From a virus (taxonomy: Duplodnaviria; Caudoviricetes), in the IMG/VR virus record IMGVR_UViG_3300027744_000085, positions 1 to 30,014 of that record: DNA of 30,014 nucleotides; one strand, written 5' to 3'. Below the pieces are notes generated by a model that saw nothing but the letters and a program-made list of their open reading frames with translations, ran no database searches and had not been told where the DNA came from. The position numbers and the translations under genes were made by a program. The stretch's first letter is position 1, and every line of letters begins with the position of its first letter. This document shows positions 1 through 8,730 of this stretch, in pieces.

Positions 1-360
1 ATCTATGTCGTAGTAGACGGTGAGATTATCGAGATTAAAGATGCACCTGTTGTTGAAGAAGAAGCAATGACAGAAGAGATTGCACTAGAGACAGTAGTAG
101 AAGAAGAAGTAATAGAGGAGACACCTGCCACAGAAGAGATGGCTATTGATCCTGCTGCTGATGCTGAAGCTATCCTGGCTATAGTACAACCTGTAATTGA
201 TGAGCAAATCAATGCTATTATAGCAATGATAGCTGATTTAAGAAATCACATGGAGGAGATGATGACTGATGGTGAGGAAGTAGTGGAAGTAGAAGCTACT
301 AAATTATCACAGCATGATAAGTTTAGCATGGTGAGTAAATTTTTAAATAATAATAACTAA
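1..360 (+). CDS. C-terminal scaffold part of prohead protease/scaffold protein (partial variant copy of 28738..29694)
   Basis: Same acidic sequence (MTEEIALETVVEEE...FLNNNN) as the end of ORF 28738..29694; frame open from position 1. Confidence 0.85.
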   Translation: MYVVVDGEIIEIKDAPVVEEEAMTEEIALETVVEEEVIEETPATEEMAIDPAADAEAILAIVQPVIDEQINAIIAMIADLRNHMEEMMTDGEEVVEVEATKLSQHDKFSMVSKFLNNNN

Positions 361-680
361 ATAAAAAACAAAAAAAATGAGTAGAAAATTAAAATTTGAC
401 TTGGACATTGATGCAACTGCATTATTACAAGCTAACAGTGAGGCATTTTATAGCCGAGCTTATTTGAATGAGGAAGTAGTAGACAACTATCGTACACTAC
501 CAGGAGTAAAGTATAAGACTAAAATCTCTAATGTAGTATTTGGTCAAGTTTTACAAGCTGAGAACTGTGGATTCAATGCATCAACTGATGACCTTGCATC
601 TGTAGAGATAGATGTATGTTCTCTATCTGCAATGGCACAAATTTGTCAATTTGACCTGGAGCAGTCTTTTGTATCATTAC
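1..680. repeat. Imperfect terminal direct repeat, copy 1 (about 93% identical to 29335-30014)
   Basis: Colinear with 29335-30014 at offset 29,334, no indels, about 45 substitutions by manual count. Confidence 0.95.
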
Positions 681-1312
681 AAATGACTAAAGGATCAAAT
701 GGTGATTTCACTGTTGCATCTTTCATGGATTACTATTGGAATGAGATGTCTAAGACAATCGCTGAGAATGTAGAGAAGTTACGTTGGTCAGGTGAAGTAG
801 GAGACGCAAATCCTGCACTTGCTTTATGTAATGGATACAAGTATTCTTTAGGAAGTGATTCGGCTAATGTAATTGATATTGCAAATCCTGTAGCTATTAC
901 TGCATCTAATGTACTTGCTAAATTAGCTTTAGTATATGCTGCAATTCCTGCTGCTGTTATTGCTAATCAAGAGGAGTTAAGATTGTATGTATCTGCACCT
1001 GTAGCTACATCTTATCGTGCTGCTGTTGCTGCATCTAACACTCAAGCTAACTTGACTCAAGCATTAGACTTTACTTATCTTGGAATAAAGATGGTATTAT
1101 GTCCGGGAATGCTTGGTTTATCTACAATCGTAGCTTCACCTCGAAATAATTTTATCTATGCATTTGATGCAGAGGGAGATGGTAAAGCATTACGAGCTGT
1201 AAATTTAGCTGATACTATTGCTGAGCCTGTAATCAGAACTCGTGCTAATATGAAAGTAGGGTTTAGTCATGTTAATGGTAATGAGATTGTATTCTACAAC
1301 TCTGCATCTTAA
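377..1312 (+). CDS. Major capsid protein
   Basis: 311 aa, directly after protease/scaffold and followed by a hairpin; size and position typical of a major capsid protein. Confidence 0.8.
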   Translation: MSRKLKFDLDIDATALLQANSEAFYSRAYLNEEVVDNYRTLPGVKYKTKISNVVFGQVLQAENCGFNASTDDLASVEIDVCSLSAMAQICQFDLEQSFVSLQMTKGSNGDFTVASFMDYYWNEMSKTIAENVEKLRWSGEVGDANPALALCNGYKYSLGSDSANVIDIANPVAITASNVLAKLALVYAAIPAAVIANQEELRLYVSAPVATSYRAAVAASNTQANLTQALDFTYLGIKMVLCPGMLGLSTIVASPRNNFIYAFDAEGDGKALRAVNLADTIAEPVIRTRANMKVGFSHVNGNEIVFYNSAS

Positions 1313-1331
1313 TTAACTAATTTATAAATCT

Positions 1332-1352
1332 AAGGGAGTGAAAGCTCCCTTT
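1332..1352 (+). terminator. Hairpin / weak intrinsic terminator after capsid gene
   Basis: AAGGGAGT-GAAA-GCTCCCTT stem with GNRA loop and short T tail. Confidence 0.65.
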
Positions 1353-1368
1353 ACTTAAAACTATAACC

Positions 1369-1887
1369 GTGAGCTGCGAGACACTTATAAATATTACAAA
1401 ATCCTGTGACAATAATACTGGAGGTATTAGACAGGTATGGATTAATGAGCAAGATGGAGTTACATCTACAACAGTAAATTCTAATACATGGATAGTAAGT
1501 GCCATTACATCTACTGCTTTTGCTACATTTGAAATCAATAGAAATACAGGTAACTATACAGAAGATACTGCAATAGACCTAATCAATGGCTCTACATTTG
1601 TAACTCAGACTATCACTCTAATGTTTAATAGAAGAGATAAAGATAAGTCAGAAGCTATCAATGTACTTGGAGCAGGTCAGCAGTATTTAGCTGCTGTTGT
1701 TTTAGATGCAAATGGTAAGTATTGGTACTTTGAGAACCTACAATTAACTGCAACAGGAGAAGGATCAGGTACAGCGAGAGCTGATGGTTCTAAATACTCT
1801 ATCACACTATTAGCTGAGTCTGAGCATTTAGCTTATGAAATAGATGCAGATATTGTAATATCACCTGATTTCCCACCGTATCCATAA
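1369..1887 (+). CDS. Major tail (tube) protein
   Basis: 172 aa, GTG start; C..N.GGI N-terminus and SGTARAD...YSITL C-terminus resemble Bacteroidota siphovirus tail tube proteins. Confidence 0.65.
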   Translation: MSCETLINITKSCDNNTGGIRQVWINEQDGVTSTTVNSNTWIVSAITSTAFATFEINRNTGNYTEDTAIDLINGSTFVTQTITLMFNRRDKDKSEAINVLGAGQQYLAAVVLDANGKYWYFENLQLTATGEGSGTARADGSKYSITLLAESEHLAYEIDADIVISPDFPPYP

Positions 1888-1906
1888 TTACAACACCCTA
1901 ATAATT

Positions 1907-1937
1907 AAAGCTCTAGTAATACTAGAGCTTTTTTTTT
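1907..1937 (+). terminator. Intrinsic terminator
   Basis: AAAGCTCTAGT-AAT-ACTAGAGCTTT perfect stem running into a T tract. Confidence 0.9.
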
Positions 1938-1938
1938 A

Positions 1939-1970
1939 AACATTTTTTGACCTTAGTATAATATAGTTAT
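1939..1970 (+). promoter_or_regulatory. Putative phage late promoter, copy 1 (AACA-N16-TAATATAGTTAT)
   Basis: Motif recurs at 18753, 27036 and 28709; lies just after a terminator and directly before ATG 1971. Confidence 0.75.
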
Positions 1971-2312
1971 ATGATATATATAAAGAAAGATGAGGTCAAT
2001 CAGATTATCCTTACTCTCACTGAGGTAAGTACACTGCCGAATCCTTATTATTTATTTGTTTTTCAGAATGAAATGGACAAGCTGTCTGCACCTATTACAT
2101 TCTACACTGCTGATCTATCAGCTTATCCTGAGAGATTCAATCAATTTGAGCTAGATGAGCCTGTAGATTTGGAACTAATCAAAGGACAGTATACATACAG
2201 CATCTATGAGTCAACTATCACACCTCCAACTATTGCTAACTCTACAGGGTTTGTGATTGAAGAGGGCAGGATGGTAGTATCAGGACCAATAGTATCATCA
2301 ATTTATGAATAA
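1971..2312 (+). CDS. Hypothetical virion/head-completion protein
   Basis: 113 aa, beta-rich, upstream of portal. Confidence 0.5.
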   Translation: MIYIKKDEVNQIILTLTEVSTLPNPYYLFVFQNEMDKLSAPITFYTADLSAYPERFNQFELDEPVDLELIKGQYTYSIYESTITPPTIANSTGFVIEEGRMVVSGPIVSSIYE

Positions 2313-2314
2313 TT

Positions 2315-3625
2315 ATGGCATTAAAAGATTTTTTCAAAACAGTAAAGCATGAAATAGTAGAGGGATATCAGTCATTCTCTACTCCATTCCTTAAAGTAGG
2401 AGGTGCAAATCTAACTCTACCTTATGTTAATGGTAGGAATCAGACTAATGGATACATTCCATTCGGGCAGGATAACCTATTTCCTGAACTACTCAATCAA
2501 ATATTTTATTCTAGTCCATTACATGGCTCTATTGTAGGGTATAAAGTGAATGCAGCTGTAGGAGGTGGATTTAATATAGTAGCTGATAGACTTACTCCTC
2601 AGGATAAGCTAGAGCTATATACATTAGAGAGAAAATTAAACATAAAAAAAGTAGTTCCTGCAGTAACTCAGCAACTAATACTACACAATAGAGTATATTT
2701 TAAGCTATGTTTTGATGATAAAATGAAACTCACAAAGATAGTCAATCTATCCCCTGAAAAACTTAGAGTAAACTTAGATAGAAAAAGATACTATATCTGT
2801 GATGATTGGGCTAGTAGGATTGGAGTACAGGAGATAAGGAGATACACTCCTACCTCTAGAGATTATGAGCAGTTATTTGTATATGAAGTAGATAGCATTG
2901 GTCAAGATTTCTATTCTTTGCCATCCTATACATCAAGTTTAAATTATGCATTTTTGAGTGGCGAGCTTTCATACTTTGCTAAAAGTAACATCCAAAATTC
3001 AGTTTTTCCTAGCTTTGCCATGATGTTTCCTAAAAGACCTCAGTCTGAGGAGGAGAAGAACATGATAAGAAATACTATTGATAGATTGAAAGGTGCTGCT
3101 AATGCAGGTAAAGCTGTAGCATTCTTTGCTAATAGTCAGGACCAACTGCCAAAGATAGAGTCACTACCTACCAATGGTAATGATAAACTATTTCAGGAGG
3201 CATCACAGCTGAACACTGAGCAGATTTGCTTTAGTCACACCATTGATCCTATACTTATGGGAATCAGAACAACAGGCTCACTAGGTAATGGCTCAGATAT
3301 TAAGCAGGCTTACATCATATTTGAGAAAAATGTAGTTATGCCACTAAGAGACCAGGTATCTGACATCTTTAATGAGCTACTATTTATAGCTAAGATAGAT
3401 GCAGATTTTACTATCAATAACTATCAGATTATAAACGAGGCAATAGTAGAGCTTGAGGGAGATACCTCTAAGACTAATGATGCACTTAATAGTCTATCAC
3501 CTTTGGTAGCTACTAAAGTGCTTGAGACTATGACTGAGAATGAGATTAGAGCCTTAGCATCTTTACCTCCTGTACCTGGAGGAGATAAAAGCAAAACACA
3601 AATTGCACAAACACCTATACTATAA
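2315..3625 (+). CDS. Portal protein
   Basis: 436 aa; IPFGQDNLFP..SPLHGSIV, GAANAGK, H.I.PILMGI and MTENEIRAL motifs typical of portal proteins. Confidence 0.85.
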   Translation: MALKDFFKTVKHEIVEGYQSFSTPFLKVGGANLTLPYVNGRNQTNGYIPFGQDNLFPELLNQIFYSSPLHGSIVGYKVNAAVGGGFNIVADRLTPQDKLELYTLERKLNIKKVVPAVTQQLILHNRVYFKLCFDDKMKLTKIVNLSPEKLRVNLDRKRYYICDDWASRIGVQEIRRYTPTSRDYEQLFVYEVDSIGQDFYSLPSYTSSLNYAFLSGELSYFAKSNIQNSVFPSFAMMFPKRPQSEEEKNMIRNTIDRLKGAANAGKAVAFFANSQDQLPKIESLPTNGNDKLFQEASQLNTEQICFSHTIDPILMGIRTTGSLGNGSDIKQAYIIFEKNVVMPLRDQVSDIFNELLFIAKIDADFTINNYQIINEAIVELEGDTSKTNDALNSLSPLVATKVLETMTENEIRALASLPPVPGGDKSKTQIAQTPIL

Positions 3626-4191
3626 TGCTATACTTTATAACAGAAACTTATCTAAAGAATAACACACCCATCACAGCTAATGTAGATGTAAACAATGTCA
3701 CTCCTTACCTAGCTACTCAAGCTCAGCTAAGAATCATGCCTATATTAGGTACTACATTCTATAATGACTTGCTAACTAAGTACAATGATCAGACATTAGA
3801 TCCTGATGAAGAGACTTTAGTAACATTCATTCAGCCTATTATAGCATGGAGAGCAGCAGAGGATGCTGTATTTGGTCTATCATTACAGCTAAAAAACAAA
3901 GGTCTACAGACTCAATTCGGAGATAACAGCTCAGCAGTAGATAGAGGTACTATAGCATTCAGTATGGAACACTATGCACAAAAGGCTGCATTTTTTGAGC
4001 AAAGATTAATAAGATACCTACTTAAGAATAGAGCTTTGTATCCAATATTCACAGGTACAACTAACCGAGATACTGACCTTAGACCTATGATAGATGGATG
4101 TAACTGTTTATCTAATGGAATGCTGGAATGTAATGGTCTATGTGGAGGTGCAGGAGGCAATGGTTACAATAATTCAATCTTAATAATATGA
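3625..4191 (+). CDS. Head-tail connector/adaptor-like protein
   Basis: 188 aa after portal; AQLRIMPILGTTFYNDL motif; Cys/Gly-rich tail. Confidence 0.55.
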   Translation: MLYFITETYLKNNTPITANVDVNNVTPYLATQAQLRIMPILGTTFYNDLLTKYNDQTLDPDEETLVTFIQPIIAWRAAEDAVFGLSLQLKNKGLQTQFGDNSSAVDRGTIAFSMEHYAQKAAFFEQRLIRYLLKNRALYPIFTGTTNRDTDLRPMIDGCNCLSNGMLECNGLCGGAGGNGYNNSILII

Positions 4192-4349
4192 AGCACTCAG
4201 GAGTATTATCAATTATAGTATTCAGTACAGGATACTTAACAGGTATAGCATTAGTATGTGAGCCTGCTATATATCTTAAGTTAGCAGGAGCTACAGTGAT
4301 AGGATATCTTAGTTTTATTCTAGCATTACAATGGGAGGGAGAAGAATGA
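4188..4349 (+). CDS. Small two-TM membrane protein (53 aa, not in ORF track)
   Basis: [53 protein letters not shown]; ATGA overlaps with both neighbours. Confidence 0.7.
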   Translation: MKHSGVLSIIVFSTGYLTGIALVCEPAIYLKLAGATVIGYLSFILALQWEGEE

Positions 4350-4807
4350 AAGCACAACTATCACTATTACTAATATCAATACAATCCAAACTTTTGACAC
4401 TTATATCTATATGCTTTGCATTCTTTTTACCAATAAGTGGCATCCTTATAATGATTGGAGTATTAATATGTATTGATACTTTTACAGGCATTTGGAAAGC
4501 TAAAAAGATAGAAGAGAAAATAACTAGTAGAAAACTATCAAGTATAATTAGCAAGTTAGCACTTTATGAGGTAACTGTTATAATGTTTTTTCTTATAGAC
4601 CAATTCATACTAAATGATATTATCCTAACTTTTTTCAGCGTACCATTTATGCTCACTAAAGTAGTGGCATTAGTACTAGCTTCTATAGAGGTGATGTCTA
4701 TTAATGAGAACTATAAAGTAGTAAAAGGGATAGACCTATGGCAATCAATGAAGTTATTATTTGCTAGAGCTAAGGATATTAAAGAGGACCTAAACAAACT
4801 GAAATGA
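4346..4807 (+). CDS. Holin (phage holin family 4-like)
   Basis: Multi-TM; [16 protein letters not shown] and EVMSINEN motifs; precedes endolysin; start MKAQ at 4346 preferred over 4331. Confidence 0.85.
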   Translation: MKAQLSLLLISIQSKLLTLISICFAFFLPISGILIMIGVLICIDTFTGIWKAKKIEEKITSRKLSSIISKLALYEVTVIMFFLIDQFILNDIILTFFSVPFMLTKVVALVLASIEVMSINENYKVVKGIDLWQSMKLLFARAKDIKEDLNKLK

Positions 4808-5268
4808 CTAGATGGGAACTTACATCTAAATATGGTACTGCTAATGTAACAGGAGCAGGATACTTAGTGAAGATTAAGTTACCTTATCCAATGAGAATTG
4901 CTTGGGACTTAGACAGCACTGTGAATACTATGATGTGCCATAAGTTAGTGGCTGATAATTTTACAGCTGTATTCAATGAGCTTCTAGCTACCTATGGCTA
5001 TGATAAGATTAAGGAGTTAGGGATAGATTTATTTGGTGGATGTTTCAACTATAGAAAGATGAGGGGAGGTACAGCATTATCCATGCACTCATGGGCTATA
5101 GCAATAGACTTAGATCCTGCTAGAAATCTACTCAAAGAATCAGCGAAAACTGCTAGATTTGCAAGACCTGAGTATCAAAAGATGATAGATATTTTCTACA
5201 AGCATGGCTTTATATCTTTGGGTAGAGAGAAGAACTATGATTGGATGCACTTTGAAATAAAAGAATGA
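4804..5268 (+). CDS. Endolysin, M15 family zinc peptidase
   Basis: [17 protein letters not shown] (SxHxxxxAxD) and DWMHFE motifs. Confidence 0.9.
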   Translation: MTRWELTSKYGTANVTGAGYLVKIKLPYPMRIAWDLDSTVNTMMCHKLVADNFTAVFNELLATYGYDKIKELGIDLFGGCFNYRKMRGGTALSMHSWAIAIDLDPARNLLKESAKTARFARPEYQKMIDIFYKHGFISLGREKNYDWMHFEIKE

Positions 5269-5684
5269 TGAGATACTTAGCTATAATCTTACTACTCAGC
5301 AGCTGCTCTGCACAATACCATCTTAATAAAGCAATTAAGAAAGGATATACCTGTGAAGAGACAGGAGATACTATAAGAATAACAACTTTAGATTCTATCC
5401 CTGTTATAATTAATAATGATATAATTTGGGAAAAATTTATAACTACCAAAGATACTATTATCAAGTATAGAACAGTTTATGTTCCTAAGACTAGGCAGGA
5501 GAAGAGAATAGAGTACAAGTTAAAAGTAAAAACTATCTACAAAGATAGGATAGTAGAGAAAGCTAAAGCTAAGGCTTCACAACCTAGACCTAGAGGCAAT
5601 CTTAGTCTATTATTTGTAGGAGTAGGCATAGGTTTACTGCTATCATATCTCTTTAAATTTGTTAAAGACAAATATTTGCTCTAA
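5265..5684 (+). CDS. Lipoprotein with C-terminal TM, candidate unimolecular spanin
   Basis: Lipobox LLSSC at N-terminus; hydrophobic [18 protein letters not shown] at C-terminus; follows endolysin. Confidence 0.65.
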   Translation: MMRYLAIILLLSSCSAQYHLNKAIKKGYTCEETGDTIRITTLDSIPVIINNDIIWEKFITTKDTIIKYRTVYVPKTRQEKRIEYKLKVKTIYKDRIVEKAKAKASQPRPRGNLSLLFVGVGIGLLLSYLFKFVKDKYLL

Positions 5685-6462
5685 GTTTACACCATCTATG
5701 GTAAGAAAAAGACTGTTTTTTGACATTGAGACATCATTCAATGTTGGTATATTTTGGCGATCAGGATATAACCTCACAATCAATCCAGGTGATATCATCC
5801 ATGAGAGAGCTATCATCTGCATCTGCTATAAATGGGAGTCAGAGGATGATGTACAATTCCTAACTTGGGATAAAAAGCAATCTGATAAGGCAATGATTAA
5901 AGCATTCCTCAAAATTATGGCTCAAGCTGATGAAATTGTGGCTCATAATGGGGATAGATTTGATCTCAAATGGATACGCACAAGAGCTCTATTACATGGT
6001 ATTGATGTATTCACCTCACCTAAGACTATAGACACTCTTAAATGGGCTAGAAAGTACTTTAATTTTAACTCAAATAAACTAGACTATATAGCTAAGTATT
6101 TAGGAGTAGGTCAAAAGATGGATACAGGAGGACTAGATTTATGGAAAGACATAGTATTTAAGAAAGATCAGCAAGCTATGGATAAGATGGTAGAGTATTG
6201 TAAGATGGATGTTACTGTCCTAGAAGCTGTATTCAATAAGCTCAATTCTTATGCAGCTCCATCTACTCATTATGCTGTAATGGAGGGAGATGAGAAGTTC
6301 TGCTGTCCTGAATGCACTAACTATAATGTAAGACATAATAAACAGGTAGTAACTGCAGCAGGGACTATCCACTATTGGATGTTGTGTAATGATTGCAGAA
6401 AGCACTATAAAATAAATAATAAAACTTACACAGAATTTTTGAAATTCAAATATAAACATTAG
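5659..6462 (+). CDS. RNase H-like (DEDD/PolB-type) 3'-5' exonuclease with C-terminal zinc ribbon
   Basis: FDIET, AHNGDRFD and YCKMDV exonuclease motifs; CPEC...CNDC; likely start ATG 5698. Confidence 0.85.
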   Translation: MLKTNICSKFTPSMVRKRLFFDIETSFNVGIFWRSGYNLTINPGDIIHERAIICICYKWESEDDVQFLTWDKKQSDKAMIKAFLKIMAQADEIVAHNGDRFDLKWIRTRALLHGIDVFTSPKTIDTLKWARKYFNFNSNKLDYIAKYLGVGQKMDTGGLDLWKDIVFKKDQQAMDKMVEYCKMDVTVLEAVFNKLNSYAAPSTHYAVMEGDEKFCCPECTNYNVRHNKQVVTAAGTIHYWMLCNDCRKHYKINNKTYTEFLKFKYKH

Positions 6463-6467
6463 CTTTG
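6438..6467 (+). promoter_or_regulatory. Bacteroidota-type promoter (TTTG-N18-TAGCTTTG)
   Basis: Matches -33 TTTG / -7 TAnnTTTG consensus at the end of the exonuclease gene. Confidence 0.45.
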
Positions 6468-6486
6468 CATAGTTCCATAGTGTAGA

Positions 6487-6527
6487 AAGCAGTTGTAAGC
6501 TCCCCAGCACGCAGCTGCTTTTTTTTT
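6487..6527 (+). terminator. Intrinsic terminator, possibly 3' part of a small RNA
   Basis: AAAGCAGTTGT/GCAGCTGCTTT outer stem, inner GCT-CCCC-AGC hairpin, long T run. Confidence 0.8.
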
Positions 6528-6621
6528 GTGTAAGATATGCATTACATAATAGGAATAATTCCGATTAACTATGTAATTCTAAGGTAATACTTTGAAATTA
6601 CATGATATTTTTAAGGTTGCA

Positions 6622-6636
6622 GTCGCAATTTGCGAC
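6622..6636. promoter_or_regulatory. Perfect palindrome GTCGCAA-T-TTGCGAC (operator-like)
   Basis: 7-1-7 inverted repeat in the intergenic region upstream of the early promoter. Confidence 0.5.
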
Positions 6637-6675
6637 CTATTCTTATTTAGAATGAATATAAATTACACTTTTTTA

Positions 6676-6705
6676 TTGCAGTTATAAAACTTTATACTAT
6701 CTTTG
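6676..6705 (+). promoter_or_regulatory. Bacteroidota-type early promoter (TTG-N19-TATCTTTG)
   Basis: Consensus match with canonical spacing before the small-ORF cluster. Confidence 0.75.
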
Positions 6706-6738
6706 GCGTATAGTTATCAACAATTAAAACTTTTACAC

Positions 6739-6900
6739 ATGAAAACATTTAATGAAATCTTAGACTACTTAGAAGTACAACAGCAGGAGGACAAACTAAA
6801 TACAAATCAACTGCATTTAATCATCCAGACCTTAACTACATTTTTAAACAAAGAGCAGTTACAGGAAATTGAGAATTTATTTAACCAATTTAAAAGATAA
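6739..6900 (+). CDS. Hypothetical early protein (53 aa)
   Basis: ATG at 6739 lies downstream of the promoter; the track's 6703 TTG start lies inside the promoter. Confidence 0.65.
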   Translation: MKTFNEILDYLEVQQQEDKLNTNQLHLIIQTLTTFLNKEQLQEIENLFNQFKR

Positions 6901-6904
6901 TACA

Positions 6905-7036
6905 ATGAAGAGACTAATTAAATACTTTACTCCTGTAGGAGAAGAGCAGATAGCATTTGCTAAGGCATTAATGGTAGTAGTTACTGCTATCATATCAATC
7001 TTATTTTTATTTCCACTTTTAAACTTATTATCATGA
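6905..7036 (+). CDS. Small single-TM protein (43 aa, not in ORF track)
   Basis: MKRLIKYFTPVGEEQIAFAKALMVVVTAIISILFLFPLLNLLS; ATGA overlap with next ORF. Confidence 0.6.
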   Translation: MKRLIKYFTPVGEEQIAFAKALMVVVTAIISILFLFPLLNLLS

Positions 7037-7224
7037 ACTTTATAAACCTATTCAAAAGAGACAATACTTATTTTTCTAATTGGACTACTGACTATGATAG
7101 TGATGTATACATAGCAGGTACTATTGAGCCATTTACCTACAATGCATCAGAGACTGATGATGGAGATATGTCCCTGTTTATTCTAAGTGATGCAAATCTT
7201 AACCTACTTAAATCTAAGCTATGA
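7033..7224 (+). CDS. Hypothetical protein
   Basis: 63 aa ORF with ATGA overlaps on both sides. Confidence 0.6.
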   Translation: MNFINLFKRDNTYFSNWTTDYDSDVYIAGTIEPFTYNASETDDGDMSLFILSDANLNLLKSKL

Positions 7225-7346
7225 CAATCAACGCAATTATAAAGTTTTGGACTAGCAGGAGAACAGCAGAAGAGATAAGAGGTGGATTTAATCTGCCTCT
7301 TTACCTCAGGTATTTACAAATCATAAACAATAAATCCAATGACTGA
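7221..7346 (+). CDS. Hypothetical protein (41 aa, not in ORF track)
   Basis: MTINAIIKFWTSRRTAEEIRGGFNLPLYLRYLQIINNKSND; fills gap with overlaps. Confidence 0.55.
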   Translation: MTINAIIKFWTSRRTAEEIRGGFNLPLYLRYLQIINNKSND

Positions 7347-7545
7347 GTTCACACAGCTAGCTATTAAGGTCCAGGATGAAATAGCTAATGGTGATTACAC
7401 TCACCAAAAATACCTAAGATTCAGAGAGTGGTACTTTCAAAATTATGAGGGTAGTAAGAGGAATGCTAACAGAGATTTTGCAATGTTTGATTTAATGTAT
7501 GGCTTAGATGTGCCAATAAAAAATAATGACAATGAAGATATATAA
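7339..7545 (+). CDS. Hypothetical protein
   Basis: 68 aa ORF in tightly packed operon. Confidence 0.6.
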   Translation: MTEFTQLAIKVQDEIANGDYTHQKYLRFREWYFQNYEGSKRNANRDFAMFDLMYGLDVPIKNNDNEDI

Positions 7546-7684
7546 AGTAGTGTATAAGACCTTTGACTATTGGAATGGTCCTGTAAAGTTAGTGACCAGG
7601 ATAGTAGAGGCATATGATGCTGATCATGTTAAGCAGCTCATACAAAAGAATGATGACTTAATTCTATTAATTGAAGAGGTATGA
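7532..7684 (+). CDS. Hypothetical protein (50 aa, not in ORF track)
   Basis: MKIYKVVYKTFDYWNGPVKLVTRIVEAYDADHVKQLIQKNDDLILLIEEV; ATGA overlap with HNH gene. Confidence 0.6.
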   Translation: MKIYKVVYKTFDYWNGPVKLVTRIVEAYDADHVKQLIQKNDDLILLIEEV

Positions 7685-8292
7685 ATGACATCATAAGAGA
7701 AAGGTATCCATTTGAGCCTACTAAAAAGATAGCAGATGACTTAGGATTATCAGAGTCATCAGTTTATAATAGAGCTTTTGCTATGGGTATTAAGAAAGAT
7801 CCTGTCTATCTTAGGTCTACTCAATATCCTCCAGGATATCTAGGTGGTAAAGCTACACAATTTCAGAAAGGTAGTGTACCTGCTAATAAAGGACAGAAAA
7901 TGTCCACAGAAGTATATCAGAAAGTGGCTAGGACTATGTTTAAGAAAGGTACTGTACCTCCTAACACTCAACCTATAGGTACTATCCATCAGAGAAAAGA
8001 TACAGGAGGAAAGATGTATCAGTATATTAAGCTATCAGATTGTAATTGGCAGCTGCTAAACAGGTACACTTGGGAACAGCACAATGGACCAATTCCTAAG
8101 GGGATGGTAGTAGTGTATAAGGATGGTAATTATCTAAATAATGATATTAACAATCTGCTAATGATTACTAAAAAAGAGAATATGGCTAGAAATACCATAC
8201 AAAGATTACCTAAAGAGCTTCAGCAGGTGATGAGATTAAAATGTAAACTAATAAAAAAAATAAATAAAAATGGCACACAACAAACTAAGTGA
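7681..8292 (+). CDS. HNH endonuclease-family protein with N-terminal HTH
   Basis: TKKIADDLGLSESSVYNRA HTH; F.KG..P.N repeats; WEQHNGPIPKG..VYKDGN..NN.INNL. Confidence 0.8.
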   Translation: MNDIIRERYPFEPTKKIADDLGLSESSVYNRAFAMGIKKDPVYLRSTQYPPGYLGGKATQFQKGSVPANKGQKMSTEVYQKVARTMFKKGTVPPNTQPIGTIHQRKDTGGKMYQYIKLSDCNWQLLNRYTWEQHNGPIPKGMVVVYKDGNYLNNDINNLLMITKKENMARNTIQRLPKELQQVMRLKCKLIKKINKNGTQQTK

Positions 8293-8512
8293 TTTAAGAG
8301 ATCACATTTTCATGGCACTTGAAAGACTAAGTGATGAGACATTAACAACAGACCAGGTGAATGTAGAGGTGGATAAAGCTAAGGCAATATCTCAGCTTGC
8401 AGGAACTCTAATCCAATCTGCTAAAGTAGAGATTGATTTCATTAATGCTACAGGTGTAATGGAGTCACAATCGGATCTATTTAAGTCAGTAACTCAAACT
8501 AAATTATTATGA
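8270..8512 (+). CDS. Conserved phage hypothetical protein
   Basis: NKLSDLRDHIFMALERL...KAKAI, a type often found right after this HNH family. Confidence 0.65.
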   Translation: MAHNKLSDLRDHIFMALERLSDETLTTDQVNVEVDKAKAISQLAGTLIQSAKVEIDFINATGVMESQSDLFKSVTQTKLL

Positions 8513-8730
8513 CAGCAGTACAGCAGGTGTTTAGTGAGCTACTAGCATTACATCCGCAGCTCTTTAATATTAACTCAGTAGAGGGTAGAGAGTTTGTCCA
8601 TCACTTTCATAATTTTTTGGAGATAGAAAAGCAACAAATGAGAGATGCAAGTTGTCCATACGATGGTGGTTGGGAAGATGATGACTTTGAATATTGGTAT
8701 AATCAAACATATAAAAACACAGAGCAATGA
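8509..8730 (+). CDS. Hypothetical protein
   Basis: 73 aa; LEIEKQQM..A and YYNQTY-like motifs seen in small Flavobacteria phage proteins. Confidence 0.55.
   Translation: MTAVQQVFSELLALHPQLFNINSVEGREFVHHFHNFLEIEKQQMRDASCPYDGGWEDDDFEYWYNQTYKNTEQ

Noticed and set aside
1-680. Diversity-generating retroelement template/variable repeat pair
   Set aside because: No reverse transcriptase; differences are not adenine-specific and are mostly synonymous; copies sit at the contig ends
6447-6454. Minus-strand TATATTTG antisense promoter into the exonuclease gene (similar TAAATTTG at 27045-27038)
   Set aside because: The 8-mer pattern arises often by chance in AT-rich DNA; no supporting downstream feature
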